62,169 nucleotides of DNA, filler included, from Sphacelaria rigidula (GCA_964200075.2; 4 parts of 4 records of this genome joined end to end with filler, not necessarily neighbours in it); one strand, 5' to 3'; positions 47,540 through 61,700 are shown, numbered from the whole stretch's first letter. The notes: generated by a model from the letters alone, not told the origin. Numbers and translations: made by a program.

Positions 47540-50500
47540 TTCACTGAGATTGTATGCTCTCACCCACCCTTCCCGGGTACGTTCACCTTGTGGATAATGA
47601 CCAAGGCTGGGTCTCACGGGGATCACTTCATGTACGACGAGCGATCAACATCTCATTGAATAGACACGTTTAAAGACTGACATGTACTACCTCGGTGTTT
47701 TGGCTTTTGCGTGAGTTGTAGACTGACAAAAGCTACGTTGTCGCAAATGAACAAACGTTCCCAAAACTCTCCACCGTACGACTTTCATCGATTTCCGTTC
47801 CATTTCCTTCGAGTTCCGACGTTACAGGTGCGTCCAGTTAGTACGCAGGTATGTCACCCTTCATATCTCACTGTTTGACGCAGGTTGTCACGTGGTTTCG
47901 GAACCGTTCGTACGGTGTTTGGGGGTGAGGACAACACCGCAATCTTATGCGCCTGATATTGCTCCACACCCTCATGACCTCTCACCACCGATGTCTTTCT
48001 CACGTCCGTCTCTTTAGCGCGTCCTCGCGAGTGTTTCGTGCGGTGCTTTACAGCTACACAACGGTCTACTAACCCATCTTTCGCACATATTCACATTTGC
48101 TGGTGGGCGCGATGTCTACTTACCGTCCAGGCGGTTTTTGCTTAGGTCCAGATTCTTCAGCTGCGTCAGGTCCCCCAACGACGAAGGGATAGAGCCTGCC
48201 CGGTAACATGCAAAAGGCAGTACGTTCAGCATACTTGCAACGCATCCAAGGTGGACAAGCCATACTGTACAATGCTGGACGACGTGCCCACCACTGGGTG
48301 CACACCACCAGACAGTCATGAGCATCTGCGGAGACCTGTACCCATGCCTGACATGGAGACGCACCACAGCCATGCCCTACATACACCACAGCTGCCTTCC
48401 GTCGACTCGCTTATGTCACAAATCTCGTTCATGTCGCATCATGCGGTCAGGGCTGAGCGCCGGTGGAGTACAAGAAAGCTATCACGTCACCTTCAGAAAC
48501 TATTGCCAAACGTGATACTTGCACCTTAGTATATGATTTGTTTAGAGCAACGGCAGCAGTGTAGGTGCTGGTGTTCCGGTGGGATATTGGTGGTCGTAAA
48601 TGCTTCTCAACAGTAGGCGCGAATACGAATGATCAAACTCCATCGATTTTTCGACGCACTCCTTACCAACCGAACAGCCGATAGACATCTACCGCCCGCT
48701 CGTTGATTTCCTTCGTCGCCCGTTGCGGGCCTCGAAACTTCCATGAGTGGCTGTATGCTGCACGCGTGTGTAACATCGGATCTCAGTACGCACCCAGGAA
48801 TCGCCGAGTTCCTTCCTTTTGAGGCATGTCATGTTTCAACATAATCCGCATGTTTTGAACAAACTACACGAAGAAGTCGAGACGACAAATTCTATCCAAA
48901 TATCGTTTCCAAGGGACGCTGGCGGGAAAGGCGGTATCCCTGCGATCCATCACAGGGGGAAAAACTGTTTCTCGAACGTGACATTTCGACATGAACCAAG
49001 ATGTGGAGCAATGTTGCCGCAAGAGTGCATGTGTTTATTACGCGTGGTCTACTTCACCTGAAGCTATGCTTCAGAGGCCCGATATTCTTCTCGTCATCTC
49101 GACTGACTCTCACTGAGACTGTTTTTCTTGTCCTCCAGTTGTTTTTCTCACAGTTTTTGCGTGTGTTTCGTTCGCGTATATTTGCATCCTTCTTGTCCAT
49201 AGTTTACTCCGCTTTTGGGGCTCATGTATTCAATGTCTCCCACTTCCCCCCCTTTTGTAGAAACCATTTCTCTTTGTTGTACCCTGGGTACGTCCACCTT
49301 ATGGATAGTGACCAAGGCTGGGTCTCAGGGGATGACTTCATGTGCGACAAGTGATCAGTATCTCATCAAATTGACACGTCCAAAGACTGACATATACTAC
49401 TCTCCGTGTTTTGGCTTTTGCGTGAGTTGTAGACTGACAAAAGCTACGTTGACCGTAACGATCAAAGGTTCACGAAACTCTCCACCGTACGACTTCCATC
49501 AATTTCTGCTCCATTTTCTTCGAGCTCCGACGTTACAGGTGGGTCCAGTTGGTACGCAGGTATGTCACCCGTCGTAGTTCACTGCTCGATGAAGGTTGTC
49601 ATGTGGCCCATCTTCCGCACATATTCACATTCGCCGGTAAGCGCGATGTTCACTCACCGTCCAGCTGGTTGTTCCTTAGAACCAGCTCTGTCAGCAGCAT
49701 CAGGTTCCCCAACGACGGAGGGATAGGGCCTGCCCGGTAACATGCAAAAGGGGGGACGTTCAGCATACTTGCAAAACATCCAAGGTGGACAAGCCATACT
49801 GTACATCGATCCATCACGAGGGGGGGAGCTGTTTCTCGAACGTGACATTTCGCGTTCCGATGAGACATTGTTAACAACACCTCGGTACATGAGAATACAC
49901 CTGCGGATGTCGCCCACCGCTGTCGACATGAACCAAGATGTGGAGCAATATTGCTGCAAGAGTGCATGTGTTTATTCCGCGTGGTCTATTCCACCTGAAG
50001 CCATGCTGTAGAGGCCCGATATTCTTGTCGTGTCGACTCACTCTCTTTTCCTTCATTTCTCATCTTCACTGAGACTGTTTTTCCTTGTCCTCCAATTGTT
50101 TTTCTCACAGTCTGTGCGTGTGTTCCGTTCGCGTATATCTGCATCCTTCTTGTCCATAGTTCACTCCGCTTTTGGGGCCCATGTATTCAATGTCTCCCAC
50201 TTCCCCCCTTCATGTAGTAACCATTTCTCTTCGTTGTACCCTGGGTACGTCCACCTTGTGGATAGTGAGTGACCAAGGCTGGGTCTCAGGGGATGACTTC
50301 CTGTGCGACAAGTGATCAGTATCTCACCGAATTGACACGATCATGTACTACCTCGGTGTTTTGGCTTTTGCGTGAGTTGTAGACTGACAAAAGCTACGTT
50401 GACCGTAACGATCAAACGTTCACGAAACTCTCCATCGTACGACTTTCATCAATTTCTGCTCCATTTTTTTCGAGCTCCGACGTTACAGGTGGGTCCAGTT

Positions 50501-51140
50501 GGTACGCAAGTTCGTCACCCGTCGTAGTTCACTGCTCGATGAAGGTTGTCATGTGGTTCCGAAACCGTTCGTACGGTGTTTGGGGGTGAGGACAACACCG
50601 CAATATTATGCGCCTGATATTGCTTCACACCCGAATGACCTACAACCGATGTCATCCTCACGTCCGTTTCTCTAGCGCGTCCTCGTGAGTGTTTCGTGCG
50701 GTTCTTTCCAGCTACACAACTGTCTACCAACCCATCTTTCGCACATGTTCACATTCGCCGGTGAGCGCGATGTTCACTTACCGGCCAGGTGGTTGTTGCT
50801 CAGGTTCAGCTCTGTCAGCAGCATCAGGTTCCCCAACGACGGAGGGATAGGGCCTGCCCGGTAACATGCAAAAGGGGGGACGTTCAGCATACTTGCAAAA
50901 CATCCAAGGTGGACAAGCCATACTGTACATCGATCCATCACGAGGGGGGGAGCTGTTTCTCGAACGCGACATTTCGCGTTCCGATGAGACATTGTTAACA
51001 ACACCTCGGTACATGAGAATACACCTGCGGATGTCGCCCACCGCTGTCGACATGAACCAAGATGTGGAGCAATATTGCCGCAAGAGTGCATGTGTTTATT
51101 CCGCGTGGTCTATTCCACCTGAAGACATGCTGGAGAGGCC
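47540..51140. repeat. Three tandem intron-LRR exon-intron cassettes (about 47540-49090, 49090-50030, 50030-51140)
   Basis: Shared intronic blocks such as ccaaggctgggtctca, gtgttttggcttttgcgtgagttgtagactgacaaaagctacgttg, catccaaggtggacaagccatactgtaca and gacatgaaccaagatgtggagcaat recur around each exon. Confidence 0.9.
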
Positions 51141-52768
51141 AAAATGAAGAAAAAGTAAGAAGAGCGACGCCACGAAAAGCAGTGAGAAGTAGCTCCCCCG
51201 AGTTCAACAGTCCTAGCGCCGGTAAATTTAGGGGAAAGCATGGGTCGCGCTCAAACTGGAGTGCCCGAGTTGGTGTTGTAGGAAGGATACGGACCAAGAG
51301 CGAACATGACTTGTACACCACATATTGAAGAGTTTTCCTTCCACATCCATATACAACAGTTGTCCAATATCGATCTGCACGATTATACCGACGAATGTGC
51401 ACACGGAACGTCAACAAAATGACATCATTTCTCCATGCATGGGGAATTTCAAGTCTGCCTTTTCCAGTTGATACATTAACTCGCATCAATAGAATGTACG
51501 GTAGGAGGCAAACGTTCTGGCCGTCACATGAGCATGGAACTCGTCGCCGCTCAGAGTACACTTGCGCTCAAACCTGGAGTATTTGACAGTTTGCCTGGTG
51601 CAGCTGCACGCGTGACATCAACTGCGACGTTATGGGTCATACGGTTTCATGTGTGCCATCGTTTGCTGAAGCCGTATTAAAACTGCCCCAGTACAGCAAA
51701 CTCGCGACGGCACGTTTCACACCACATCGATGCAAAAACACGGCCAAAACGGCTGCGGACACCCATCAAACCAGAGGCAAAACAATAGCGAGGGGATCCA
51801 ACAGCCGCGAGTCGTTTGGACGCGAGGTTCCTCTTCACGCGTCGAGAGACTTTCTCGAGATCGGTCAGTATGTGATATAGCGGTGCTTCTGGACGACTCC
51901 CCAAACTGGGCAAGGAACGGACATTTCTTACTCATCATGTGCGCAAACTGTGGCCAAGCGGCTACAGGCGGCCACGACGTACCCCCATACCTCTCTGGGC
52001 CATAAGACACTCAAATATACGGTGGTGCTGTGCCCTGGTACTTTCAGAGCAATCGGCTGCAGTAGAATGAGGAAACGTTCATCCAAGACTGCATGGGGCT
52101 TACAAAGCGTCTCGTGTGAACGCCAGACTTCTGCCTCACTAGCGAAGTCTCGTGACATCCACGACGCACTGCCTAATTACCAGAGCCTGGGATTTCAACG
52201 AGGTGCATACCAGAGTCTGGGATTCCAACTGTACCAGGGCCGCCACACTCCAGAGAGCACTCACTAGTGGACGAAAACATGACAGATACGCGTTAAAGGG
52301 CCCCACGTGTTATCATTAGCCAAGGGAGAGCCAAGAGAGGGGCCGGACGAGAACGCTGTCTCGCAAACGAGCGCTGTAACCCCCGTACGCCTTCTTTGTT
52401 TTGGTGCCAATTTGCTACGGCCAGAGAAAGTACCGCATTCACTTTTAGCTACGTCATTCAAGGCACGTGATACTGACGATACTGAAAAAACGTCTTCACC
52501 ATATACTTCCTTGGCGACCACGGTTTTGCGTGCTTACACGGTAACTTCCACTGGATATGCTACCGACGGGGAATCATATAGCACCCACCTATGAGATTGT
52601 TGTCCAAGAGCTTCAACCGCACCACCCTGCCGTCTGAATTGGTCGTGACACCGTCCCAGTTCCCGAGGTCCGGATCATTGTTCTTCCACCCACGATTGAG
52701 TTTCCAGTTTGGACCGCCTGTCTTGTTGTAGAGGTCAAGCAGCGCTGCGTGATCCCATTCGTGGGAAC
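48124..52768 (-). CDS. Leucine-rich-repeat protein, partial: N-cap exon 52589-52768 and 72-nt LRR exons 50782-50853, 49658-49729, 48124-48195
   Basis: N-cap DHAALLDLYNKTGGPNW...W...DLGNWDGVTTNSDGRVVRLKLLDNNLIG, then three 24-aa plant-type LRRs (GPIPPSLGNLMLLTELNLSNNHLA, GPIPPSLGNLMLLTELVLRNNQLD, GSIPSSLGDLTQLKNLDLSKNRLD). Each LRR is a phase-1/1 exon bounded by cag| and |gt(a/g)agt. The first exon and C-terminal domains were not identified. Confidence 0.9.
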
Positions 52769-55700
52769 CTGTGCAGAGGAATCGGCCGTACCGTGCATGC
52801 ACAAGGGATCACGATCGAGGTTGCTCAAGATTCTAGACGTCAACGAAACACTCGGCGTCAAAAAAGCGGCAGGGTCAGACACTGGGAAACACTGTGCGGG
52901 ATGCCCTAGGCCCGCTGCAGCAGCTCGGTTATCAGCCCGGACAATCCCGCACCCGTGCACACATGAGCTGTAGACGTCATCCCCTGCAGCGCATGATTAC
53001 GCGCTTTCCGCTTCGTGTAGTTAGACCAGGATGTACATTCTTGTCCTCAAAAAAATGAATCATCAATCTTCACGCACACGCCGGAACCTGGCCACTCCAC
53101 GAATATGCCATCATGACCGCGACTCAACACCTCAAACATGAACTTCGAAGCAGCGGTCCGCATCAGATGCATCATATCAAATCAATCCCCTCGGGCATAT
53201 TCAGACAATTTCTCTCGAGAACGAATACACAAAACGATGCGTTCTGTATCGTGTCGCCCGACGCCGGTTGCGACGTTCCCGGACTAGCGCGTATCGGATG
53301 TAGAGTTGAGGACCTGAGCCCTTCGAGGATGGCCTCTGTCTTGTACTTTGTACGTGAAAAGCCCAGGGCGAATGGGGTCAAGGAAATGGGTCCCAGCTGC
53401 GTAGTCAGGAAGATGTCGAGGACCGTACGGGATACCTGATCTTCGGAATCAGTTTCAGCGACAACCGTTGCGGATCGCGCACGTTTTCACCATTCCGACA
53501 CTGGAATTAAGGAACAATCACGAGGTCTTTCACAGCGTGGTCGTTGCTGGATGACGGGCCAAATCACGAGGAACTGTCATGAAGTGCGATCGCCGCACCT
53601 CAAACCCAACCCTATGGCTGCTATAAATGAAGTAACAGGTGACAGCTTCGTGCTGTACATCCACCAGGAGTGACGTCACACTGACGTTTTGTGTGCGACA
53701 TCCGTCAATGACTTTCACGTCGATCGGCTAGACAGGCATGCTCACAAAGGCCGGCAGGCGGGACCGTCTCCTAGCCGTGTGGGGCATCAACGCTTTCCAA
53801 AAGTATGGGTTCTCGTTCGTCCCTGCAGGAAAACCTCTCTAGCAACAACAATTTCCGCGCGCTGATACCGTACACAGTTGGTGTATGCTCGGTAGCGCTC
53901 GTGGCGTGAATGTTTTGGCGATCATCCAGTTCAACCCCCCGAAATTCCGGGCCCATGGCAGTGCAATTGCGAAGAGGGTGGTCTGCCGCACTCAAAACGA
54001 TGGTAACTCCATTGTAACTCTGGGCAAACACAATGTACGCTCCCACCGTCACCAAGGGCGCTCGCCGTATCACACACACCGCACACCGATGCTTCCGTAC
54101 GCCATGCCTTCAAAAGGATGACTTCAAAACTCTTGCTCGGTGCTACCTGGACATGACTGGCGTGCTCCAACATCGGGTTCAAGATATGCCAAGCGATGCT
54201 TCGAGTGCTTTGGTTCATAATTAGTGCATGCAACAGGGTTCAATTACACTTTTAGGTTTAGTCTTCCACATGCACGCAAACATTCCAGCTACATCGTGGA
54301 ATGACCTGTTTCACCGGACATGACACAACCTCATCGATGACAAAACCGCCGGCCGTGGGCCGACACAAAACCTGCTGCCAAGGCAAGCTTCCAACGGGCT
54401 GTGGGAACGAGCAGTGTTGTCTACTTGTAGGCCCAGCACCCTTGCCGAGAGACTCATATCTGGCATCCATGTCACCGATTTGCAGCTGTCTGCTTACACG
54501 TATGACCAAGTGGACGTGTATCGTCCTGTCCTAGACATCATGCCAGCTGCTCATATTTTGCTGCGGTTTTCAGAGCATTTGGTGTATGCTACGCGTTTGG
54601 TGAAAATAGACAGGAGAACATGTATACTCCATTGCAACCGGTGCGCCTGAAACACGGGTCGACTTCGACCATGACGCGCAGTAGCTGTTTCAAGAAAAAA
54701 TCGAGTGGCCGCGACTTCGGCAAGAGTGTTCCAATACAACTCCTTCGCAATAGTCAAACATGGGTGGCTTTTTTCCGCAGCGCAAGATCTGTTCCCATGG
54801 CTGCCACTTGTGGACGCTTTTCTCCTCATGTTTGACCTCATACAGCAAGATGCCCCAATTGTTCATGGTCAACTAGTGATGTATGTTGGGAAACAACTGC
54901 TGAAAGAAAGTCGAGGAAAGGGGGTAGCCGCAGAAGGACAAGAGGAAAAATGAAAACAGTACAAAAGAATAATATCGAAAAAAATAAACTGCAATCTAGC
55001 ATCTAGTACCAGATACAGGAAATCCGCACAGGCTCCAAGTGAGGCAGAATGCCGCTGAAACAGGTTGCGACCACTCAGCTACGGGAAGCTGTGAACCGCA
55101 CTACATGCATACCACACCCTCACCCGCAGGTTTTGCAGGGAACGCGCATACTGTTCAAGAGTGTCGTTTCTATGCGATAGGACACTGCTTCTCCGGTAAA
55201 ATCAAAGAAGTCGCGGGCTTAACCCATCGACATCTTACGACGTACTGCCTTGCAAGTTCCGTTTGATCCCGCCATCACCAGGGTGGGTCACTTGGGTCTT
55301 GACCCATTCCCGAAGTAGAAATGATAATGACCCAAAGGATGATCCAGCCAAGCGGTCAAAGAGTCGGCTGTCCTGCCGCGTTGTACCGTACTGTGTCGAC
55401 GATCCTGCATGACCGACGCGCCATGCATTCAGCCTCAGACACAAATCCCAAAATAACACAGATGCACCTGGTGACGGAGGGCCACCTGGAATCAAGTTTA
55501 TGCTGGTATACAAGTAGGGCGCTCGTGTCGCCTCTTGTTGCCGCAATTTGTTCTCGTCGACACTCATTTTGAAATATTTTCCTTTCACGCGTGCTTTGGG
55601 CTCTTATTCATGTGTGGGCTGCCCTAGTAGCTTTCAATCAACAATTCATTGTCAAATACGAGAAAAACGCCGGGGAAAAATAGGTCATCTAGAGCACGAC

Positions 55701-56349
55701 CCAGCAGATTTTTGTGCTGCTTGGTGTGCTGTGTACGGCAAAATCAGAGAAGCGGAGATCACGGGCCAATATTTTGGCCTCAACTCGTCGTGGGTCCTCA
55801 GGTGTGTGTGGGTCGCCCTGCTCACGCTTCATCAACACTTCATTCTCACCTACCCGAATTACGTCACGGGAGAACCACGCCATCTTGATCTTGCCTCAGC
55901 GACTTACTATGGTGCTTGGTCTGCTGTGTACGGGAAACCTCAAGAGACACGGGGATTTCGGGCCAATACTTTGGCCTTATTTGGTCTTTCTGCCTAACTG
56001 AACGAGCAACACGACTTCACGTCTTCAGTGATGACCAAAATGGCTTTTAGCGGACATAACTCCCAAAAGAGGGCCCACTTCACCCATGCGAGTCGAAGAT
56101 ACTTTGGCCCTCGTACTTGGGAACGTGTCTTGGTTGCTTACCTGCGTGTCCCGCTGTAACTTAGAAATTACTCTATTGTGTTCGCCGGGTGTGGTGCCAT
56201 TAGTACTTGTTCATAGAGTATACATCTGGTTTCAGAGTCTGTAGTGATCAGTGTGCGTGCGCACGAGCCTCGACAGAGGGATATTTCATCCATCGCACTT
56301 AGGTCCCGTAGAACACTTCTCGGGTACATACTATACAATAATGTCGTAC

Positions 56350-58740
56350 ACTGGAATACGTTACTTGAAGCTCCTCGCCTGTGCATTCAGGAAAATGACG
56401 AGACTATCGAACACACAGCGAGGCCAAAATCATCGACGCTCTTTCTCCCGACATTTCTCGGGATTGGCAACGTACCCGATGACTTTGTCAACTTTTGCAA
56501 GCATTACGGAGTACATACACGGCAGCTAGCAGAAGAGCTCCGTTGCAGTGATCTCGCTTATTTTAGAGAAGAGTCCAAATGTAGAGTCCGAAAAGTTTGA
56601 TCAATTCCGCCATTGCCGAAAGAAACAATGTCGACAATAACGGGCCTAACTGCACCGGACACGGTTCATTCCTGATACGCGTTCTCTCGACTTCGGAACA
56701 GCTGTTTGTCTGTTCATCTTGTGGCGAGACTACTATTACCAGATGTTCAAAAAAAGTTGAGGATGGAACTTCACACCTCACACCGAGGATGATAACCCAG
56801 GGAGTTGGAACCTTGGTATCCACGCCATTTCTTTGATATTTGGTCCATCGCTTCTTTTCCCACTAGTGGCTACTCACCCAAATTCCTCACTATATGTTGT
56901 TCTTCCTCGGGACCGCATAATTTCGGTTAACGGAATTTTTGGTTGTATGCGTGTAATAGTTTTTGATAGCTACTAGGAGAACCACACTTGAAAAAACCGG
57001 TGTGGATGCAAGTGTCAATTATTCGGGTTATCATCCTTCACGACAAGCTTTATCCTCCAACTTGAGGATCGGCTGTTATTGGGTTAAGGTCAGAGATGTT
57101 GCGTTATATGTCTCTTCGCCATAACCTCAGCACTACGTGCACACAATGTGCGTCAAAGCGCCAGAACGCATCTAAATCGCAAAAACAAGGGCATCATCAT
57201 CACAGTTGTGCGTGGACGATCCTCGAATGCATCTCCCATGTTTTTTTACCCACCTCCCATGACGGTAGGAAACCGAGGAGAGCAGAGCTAGGCGAACCTC
57301 CAAGACGAGGTCTCCAAGGCGATCCTGTCCCACCAGCGCGCAGCGTGAAACGAATTGCACGCGCAGAATGTCACGAACGAATCCACGAGTGGGTCCTAGT
57401 TGTTCAATCTCACGTGTATTTGGAATTTTCCGGACCGTTTTCGACAATCCTCACTCTTCATTGGGGGTCGTAGATTATATACCGTTCCAAGCGTCCTCCG
57501 GGTATTTACCGGGGCATTTTATGCCGTGGTGTGTGTGAGTATTGTAGGTATGGTATATTGAAAATTTAGAAATGCAGTGGTATCGTAGGTATGAAATTTG
57601 AAATTACCCAATTAGGCAAGTACAACAGGAAATGAAATTCCAAGATACCGTGGTATCGTTTATTCCCGGTTCAGATCCCAGTGCAAGGTTATTCAATCGG
57701 TATTTTTGAACCACGTTGCCAACTTTGTATGCCTCCTACGGCTCCTCACATTTCTTCGGTGCTGTTATTGCTCCTCTTTTTCCCTCGCGGCTTGTTCGCA
57801 CGTGCAATTTTTTCTTGTACGAATCTCATCTCCGATATGAATAATGAAACGATGTACGGCACCCTAACGATTATATGATATTTATATCCCCTCACGTAGT
57901 AATGGGTGTAATTGAATTGATCCACCTACAAAAACCAGGGGGGAACTGGGTATATTTTGTCAAACAAAGACGCACCTGCTCCGATAACTTTCGGTCTTGG
58001 CCCAAGTTGGGACCACGTGCTGCACCGTAGGGAGTGCATCTCGTTCGGATGTAACAGAGTATATCCCCGGTATTTATCGAGGTATTCCATACCGTGGCAT
58101 GCGTGGCTATTGTAGGAACGAGTGTTGAAACTACCTGATTGAGCGAATACGGTAGGTATTGGTATCTCAAAATATCGTGATATCGTAGGAATTCAATACC
58201 CGATTGAACCCGTATCGGTAGGGCATGAGTGGGATGTCCCAAATACCGGTATCGGGTGCCTAATTCAACTACGGTAGCTGTGCGCTATTCTTCCATCATT
58301 TGCAGTTTAAACCAAGAACACATCAGTACTGCTCATAACCCCTACACCGCGAGGGTTGTCTTATTCGCATCATGCGTACTTTTTTCTAGTGAAATTGATG
58401 CCGATTCAACAGATGGCCCTCTCTCGGTGTCTCAAGGTCAAGTAAACGCAAAAAAAAAAATTCCGCAACAAAATTTGAGCTTTTTCATCGTCGGCGCACC
58501 GTTGCAACGACCAACCCCAGATTCAGACATATCGGCATGTTGATTGTGGTTGACATGACATGTGACCAATGTTGCAGCGCATTGCAGCGATGACGGCGCG
58601 CGTACGATCATGCCTCCCGCGCTGAGGACCCCAACAGGCGATACCGGGACGATCGTTCCACATTTCGTCATGATCTAGAAGGTGTGCCAGTACATTTTCA
58701 TGTTGATTTGCCAGCACTGCACCACCCCAGGTGCTCATGA
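56350..58740 (-). pseudogene. Possible heavily decayed intronless RecQ-type SF2 helicase, interrupted by a repeat insertion
   Basis: Collinear weak echoes of RecQ motifs across several frames: QHENVLAHLL, GGMIVRAPSSL, DRLGDLVLEVRLALLSSVSYR, SLGYHP, VPKS..AYQE and KVIGYVANPEKCR..DFG. Confidence 0.35.
57480..58265. repeat. GGTAT/ATACC-rich repeat element with two related sub-copies
   Basis: ccgggtatttaccggggcattttatgccgtgg...gtatcgtagg (near 57500-57660) resembles ccccggtatttatcgaggtattccataccgtgg...atatcgtagg (near 58065-58200). Confidence 0.55.
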
Positions 58741-61700
58741 TGCGTACGTGAATGCACCACTAGGTGCACAGATGCATCAACTCACTGTGCTCAGAATCGG
58801 GACTGCGTCATGGCCGTTTTGAGGGCTTAGCTGCTGTATGTCAGTATTCGCGTAGTACAATTCGATGAGTGGTCGGAAGGAACTGTTTCCGGTACACACG
58901 CTGCCGGTGTGGTGTCCGATTAGTACCAGGTCTCACGGTGAAACTCCAGCCACGGTCGAGAAATTAACCAAGGTCCTTGTTCTCAAGTTCCATGATTGTT
59001 TCATTCATGTGGGCTAAGTGCGGCCATTTGCAAATACAGTGCGGGCATTGCGGTATATTTGTGGTTGTTATTTCAGCACAGGACTGACATTGCATCCTTT
59101 ACCACAGCGTTCAGGTCGAAGGTTCACCTCCCGCAGATCAAATGCCATTGGGATCAGATGCATAACAGCCATGGGGATACACCGACAAGTTGCACTGGAT
59201 TAGTGGCCTGCACAGACGTATTTTCGAACTGTGCCAAGTCTAAACATTTTTATACTCGTGATGACTCGATTTACACTGTTGACCTGACTCGATTGATCGA
59301 TTGTCGCACATTAACTGATGCGCTGCTAAAGCAACCGTAACCACAGGTGGATGTGCATACACCCCAATGAGAACTCGAGGAAGTCAAAAATATGTGAAGG
59401 GAGAAAACGAAGAGTGAATTTAGACGAAGAGGAAGATACAGACAACTCAAGAACATGAAAGCGCGATGAATATGCACCTAACTGGTCCCGGGAAACCCCG
59501 AAGGGCACTTGCCACAGCTCAAGGCAAAAATAAATTTCCAAAAATAAGCCCGTTTCAACAGTTTGACCTGAGGTATTTAGGGACCGCACCGCCTCGGTAG
59601 GGGATTTCGTCCGCCAGCTCCGCGGAAGTGACAACACGAGGACGGCTTTGTCGTAAAAAAGTGAAGAGATAAAAACAGGTCGCATGTCTCCGGGGTAAAG
59701 GGACTAGTAGAATAACCCATTGGACTGAGTCAAGTCACCAGACTGAGGCCAACTATAATGAGAGCCGTTCGAAAGTCCTGTTCGAAACTACCCTTATTAT
59801 TCTTCTTCGTCGATTTACGCTTGAAGAGAGAGCTATAATATGTGGAAGTTCACGTTTTGGAATGACTTGTTCCACTTATTGAGACCGTGGGAAACGGTCT
59901 GGTGATCAAAAAATATTATAATTGTTTTGCCCGACCGTTTTGTTGAAAATCGTGCTCGGCCGAAAATAAAAGTGCAGACAGCGGGAGAAGCAAAGTTGTC
60001 TGAAATAGTGTTAGTGACTAGAACAAGTCATTCCGACGCGTCCATATTCGCCTAGCCCTCTTTTTAGACAGAAATTTTGAGATCAACCTGACAACATTTC
60101 TTGCACACATCAACTGTAAGTGTTCTACAGTATCATACTGCGGTACTGTTCGACAAGAAACCACAGGTACAGTCTGGAGGAGAGACTAGCTCTGTACAGG
60201 GGTGCAGCAGTAGGTACGACTTTACTCCTACTCTGTTGGAAGCTGTACGAACTGTACAGTCTTACGGTTTGGACAGAAGACGACAGTAGCAGTGGGAGTA
60301 GCGGCAGTTATAGTAGTTGTTGCGCAACTTCCGCGCACACCACACGTTGTAGTTCCACACCTTTTTTTACCTCCTTGTGTGTACATACTGCAAGGTATGT
60401 TTGTTGGCTCTGCTCGGAGTTTCGTATTATCGAAAAACGTCATCTGCTGAGACACATTTTTTCATCGCGCATCGGCTGCGGCGGTTGTGGCTGGCTTCAA
60501 GGCCGAGTCGTCATTCTCCCTCGCCCCGTGGGAGTTTGTGCGGCGGATTTGATTACTTCCATGTTGTGTTTGGGTCTGAGGGACTTTGTAGGCATTCCAG
60601 CGAGAAAGCCAAGTAAATCAGAGCCGACCACCGAAATCGAGGATGGAGCTCTTCACTGAGGGTGATGACCCCGAAGATGAAAATCTTCACATCAACACCA
60701 ATTCTTGGTAGGATTGTCCCTTTCCTTCATTCGCTGGTAGCTATGGATAACCACTATACGCCACACGAGTTTGAATTCTGAAGACCGGAATTCGGGGATC
60801 TCAAGTGCAACTAACTTAATTGACAAAAGATGGAGCGGGTGTCGCAACCTCGAACCACTAGAATGCATGTACAACGACAAATCCAGTCAGGAACTTACGC
60901 CAATGCTGGGCGGGTGTGCTCACCATTCCTAGATAATATTCCGAAGCGCGAATTTGTTAAAACAGAAAGTAGAAGACCCCGAAGGTGGCAGGACATCGCT
61001 GGAAAGCATCCGAACACCCAACACTTCCAAGGGGATACCACCTTCCGGTGGCATAACCCTGACTGCCTACTAGCGTGGCCACCTACGGCTACCGACTGCG
61101 CAATAGCGTAGGACATTGCTGTTGTTGGGAAACGCATCAGCTAGTTTTTTACACCGCGTTCGTAGTCACGCGGCTAAATACGATCCAGCTGGGGTTGCTC
61201 ATCATTTTTGTCGGAAGTCATGCAACGATTACATCCTATAGCCATGCAGGCGTTCTTGTGCATCCGGGCACGATATATAGACAGTACGTAAAAATCATAT
61301 ACATCTGGACTGATGTGCGGTGCTGCACTGCACCACGAGGCGGGCGGCAAACATGCCGACTTGACCTTGCTTACGAGATATTACACACTCGATCGAAGGT
61401 TTCTTGCGAAACAAAGTTTTATGTTGGCAGGAAAGTTGTCGGAGCTTCTCTCGTGTCGATTATCCAAGGAGGGGTTACCTCCTCCATCTTATGTTGTGCT
61501 CTACTGATAGTGCAAAAGGCACGGGCATATGCCGAGGTCAGGCTGTAGCACGTTTACATCCGTACACGAGTAGTTCCTCAACAGCAACTCCCTCACGTAT
61601 TTACACGCACTCTCACCTGTGTTGCCTTTGTGCCCACTGTCAACTCTTCAAGAAGCTGAATAACTCAAAATAAGTGGTCCGCAATGCCTAAGTTCAGACC

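Noticed and set aside
53172-53480. Candidate first coding exon of the LRR gene
   Set aside because: No convincing start codon with a phase-1 donor could be assigned.
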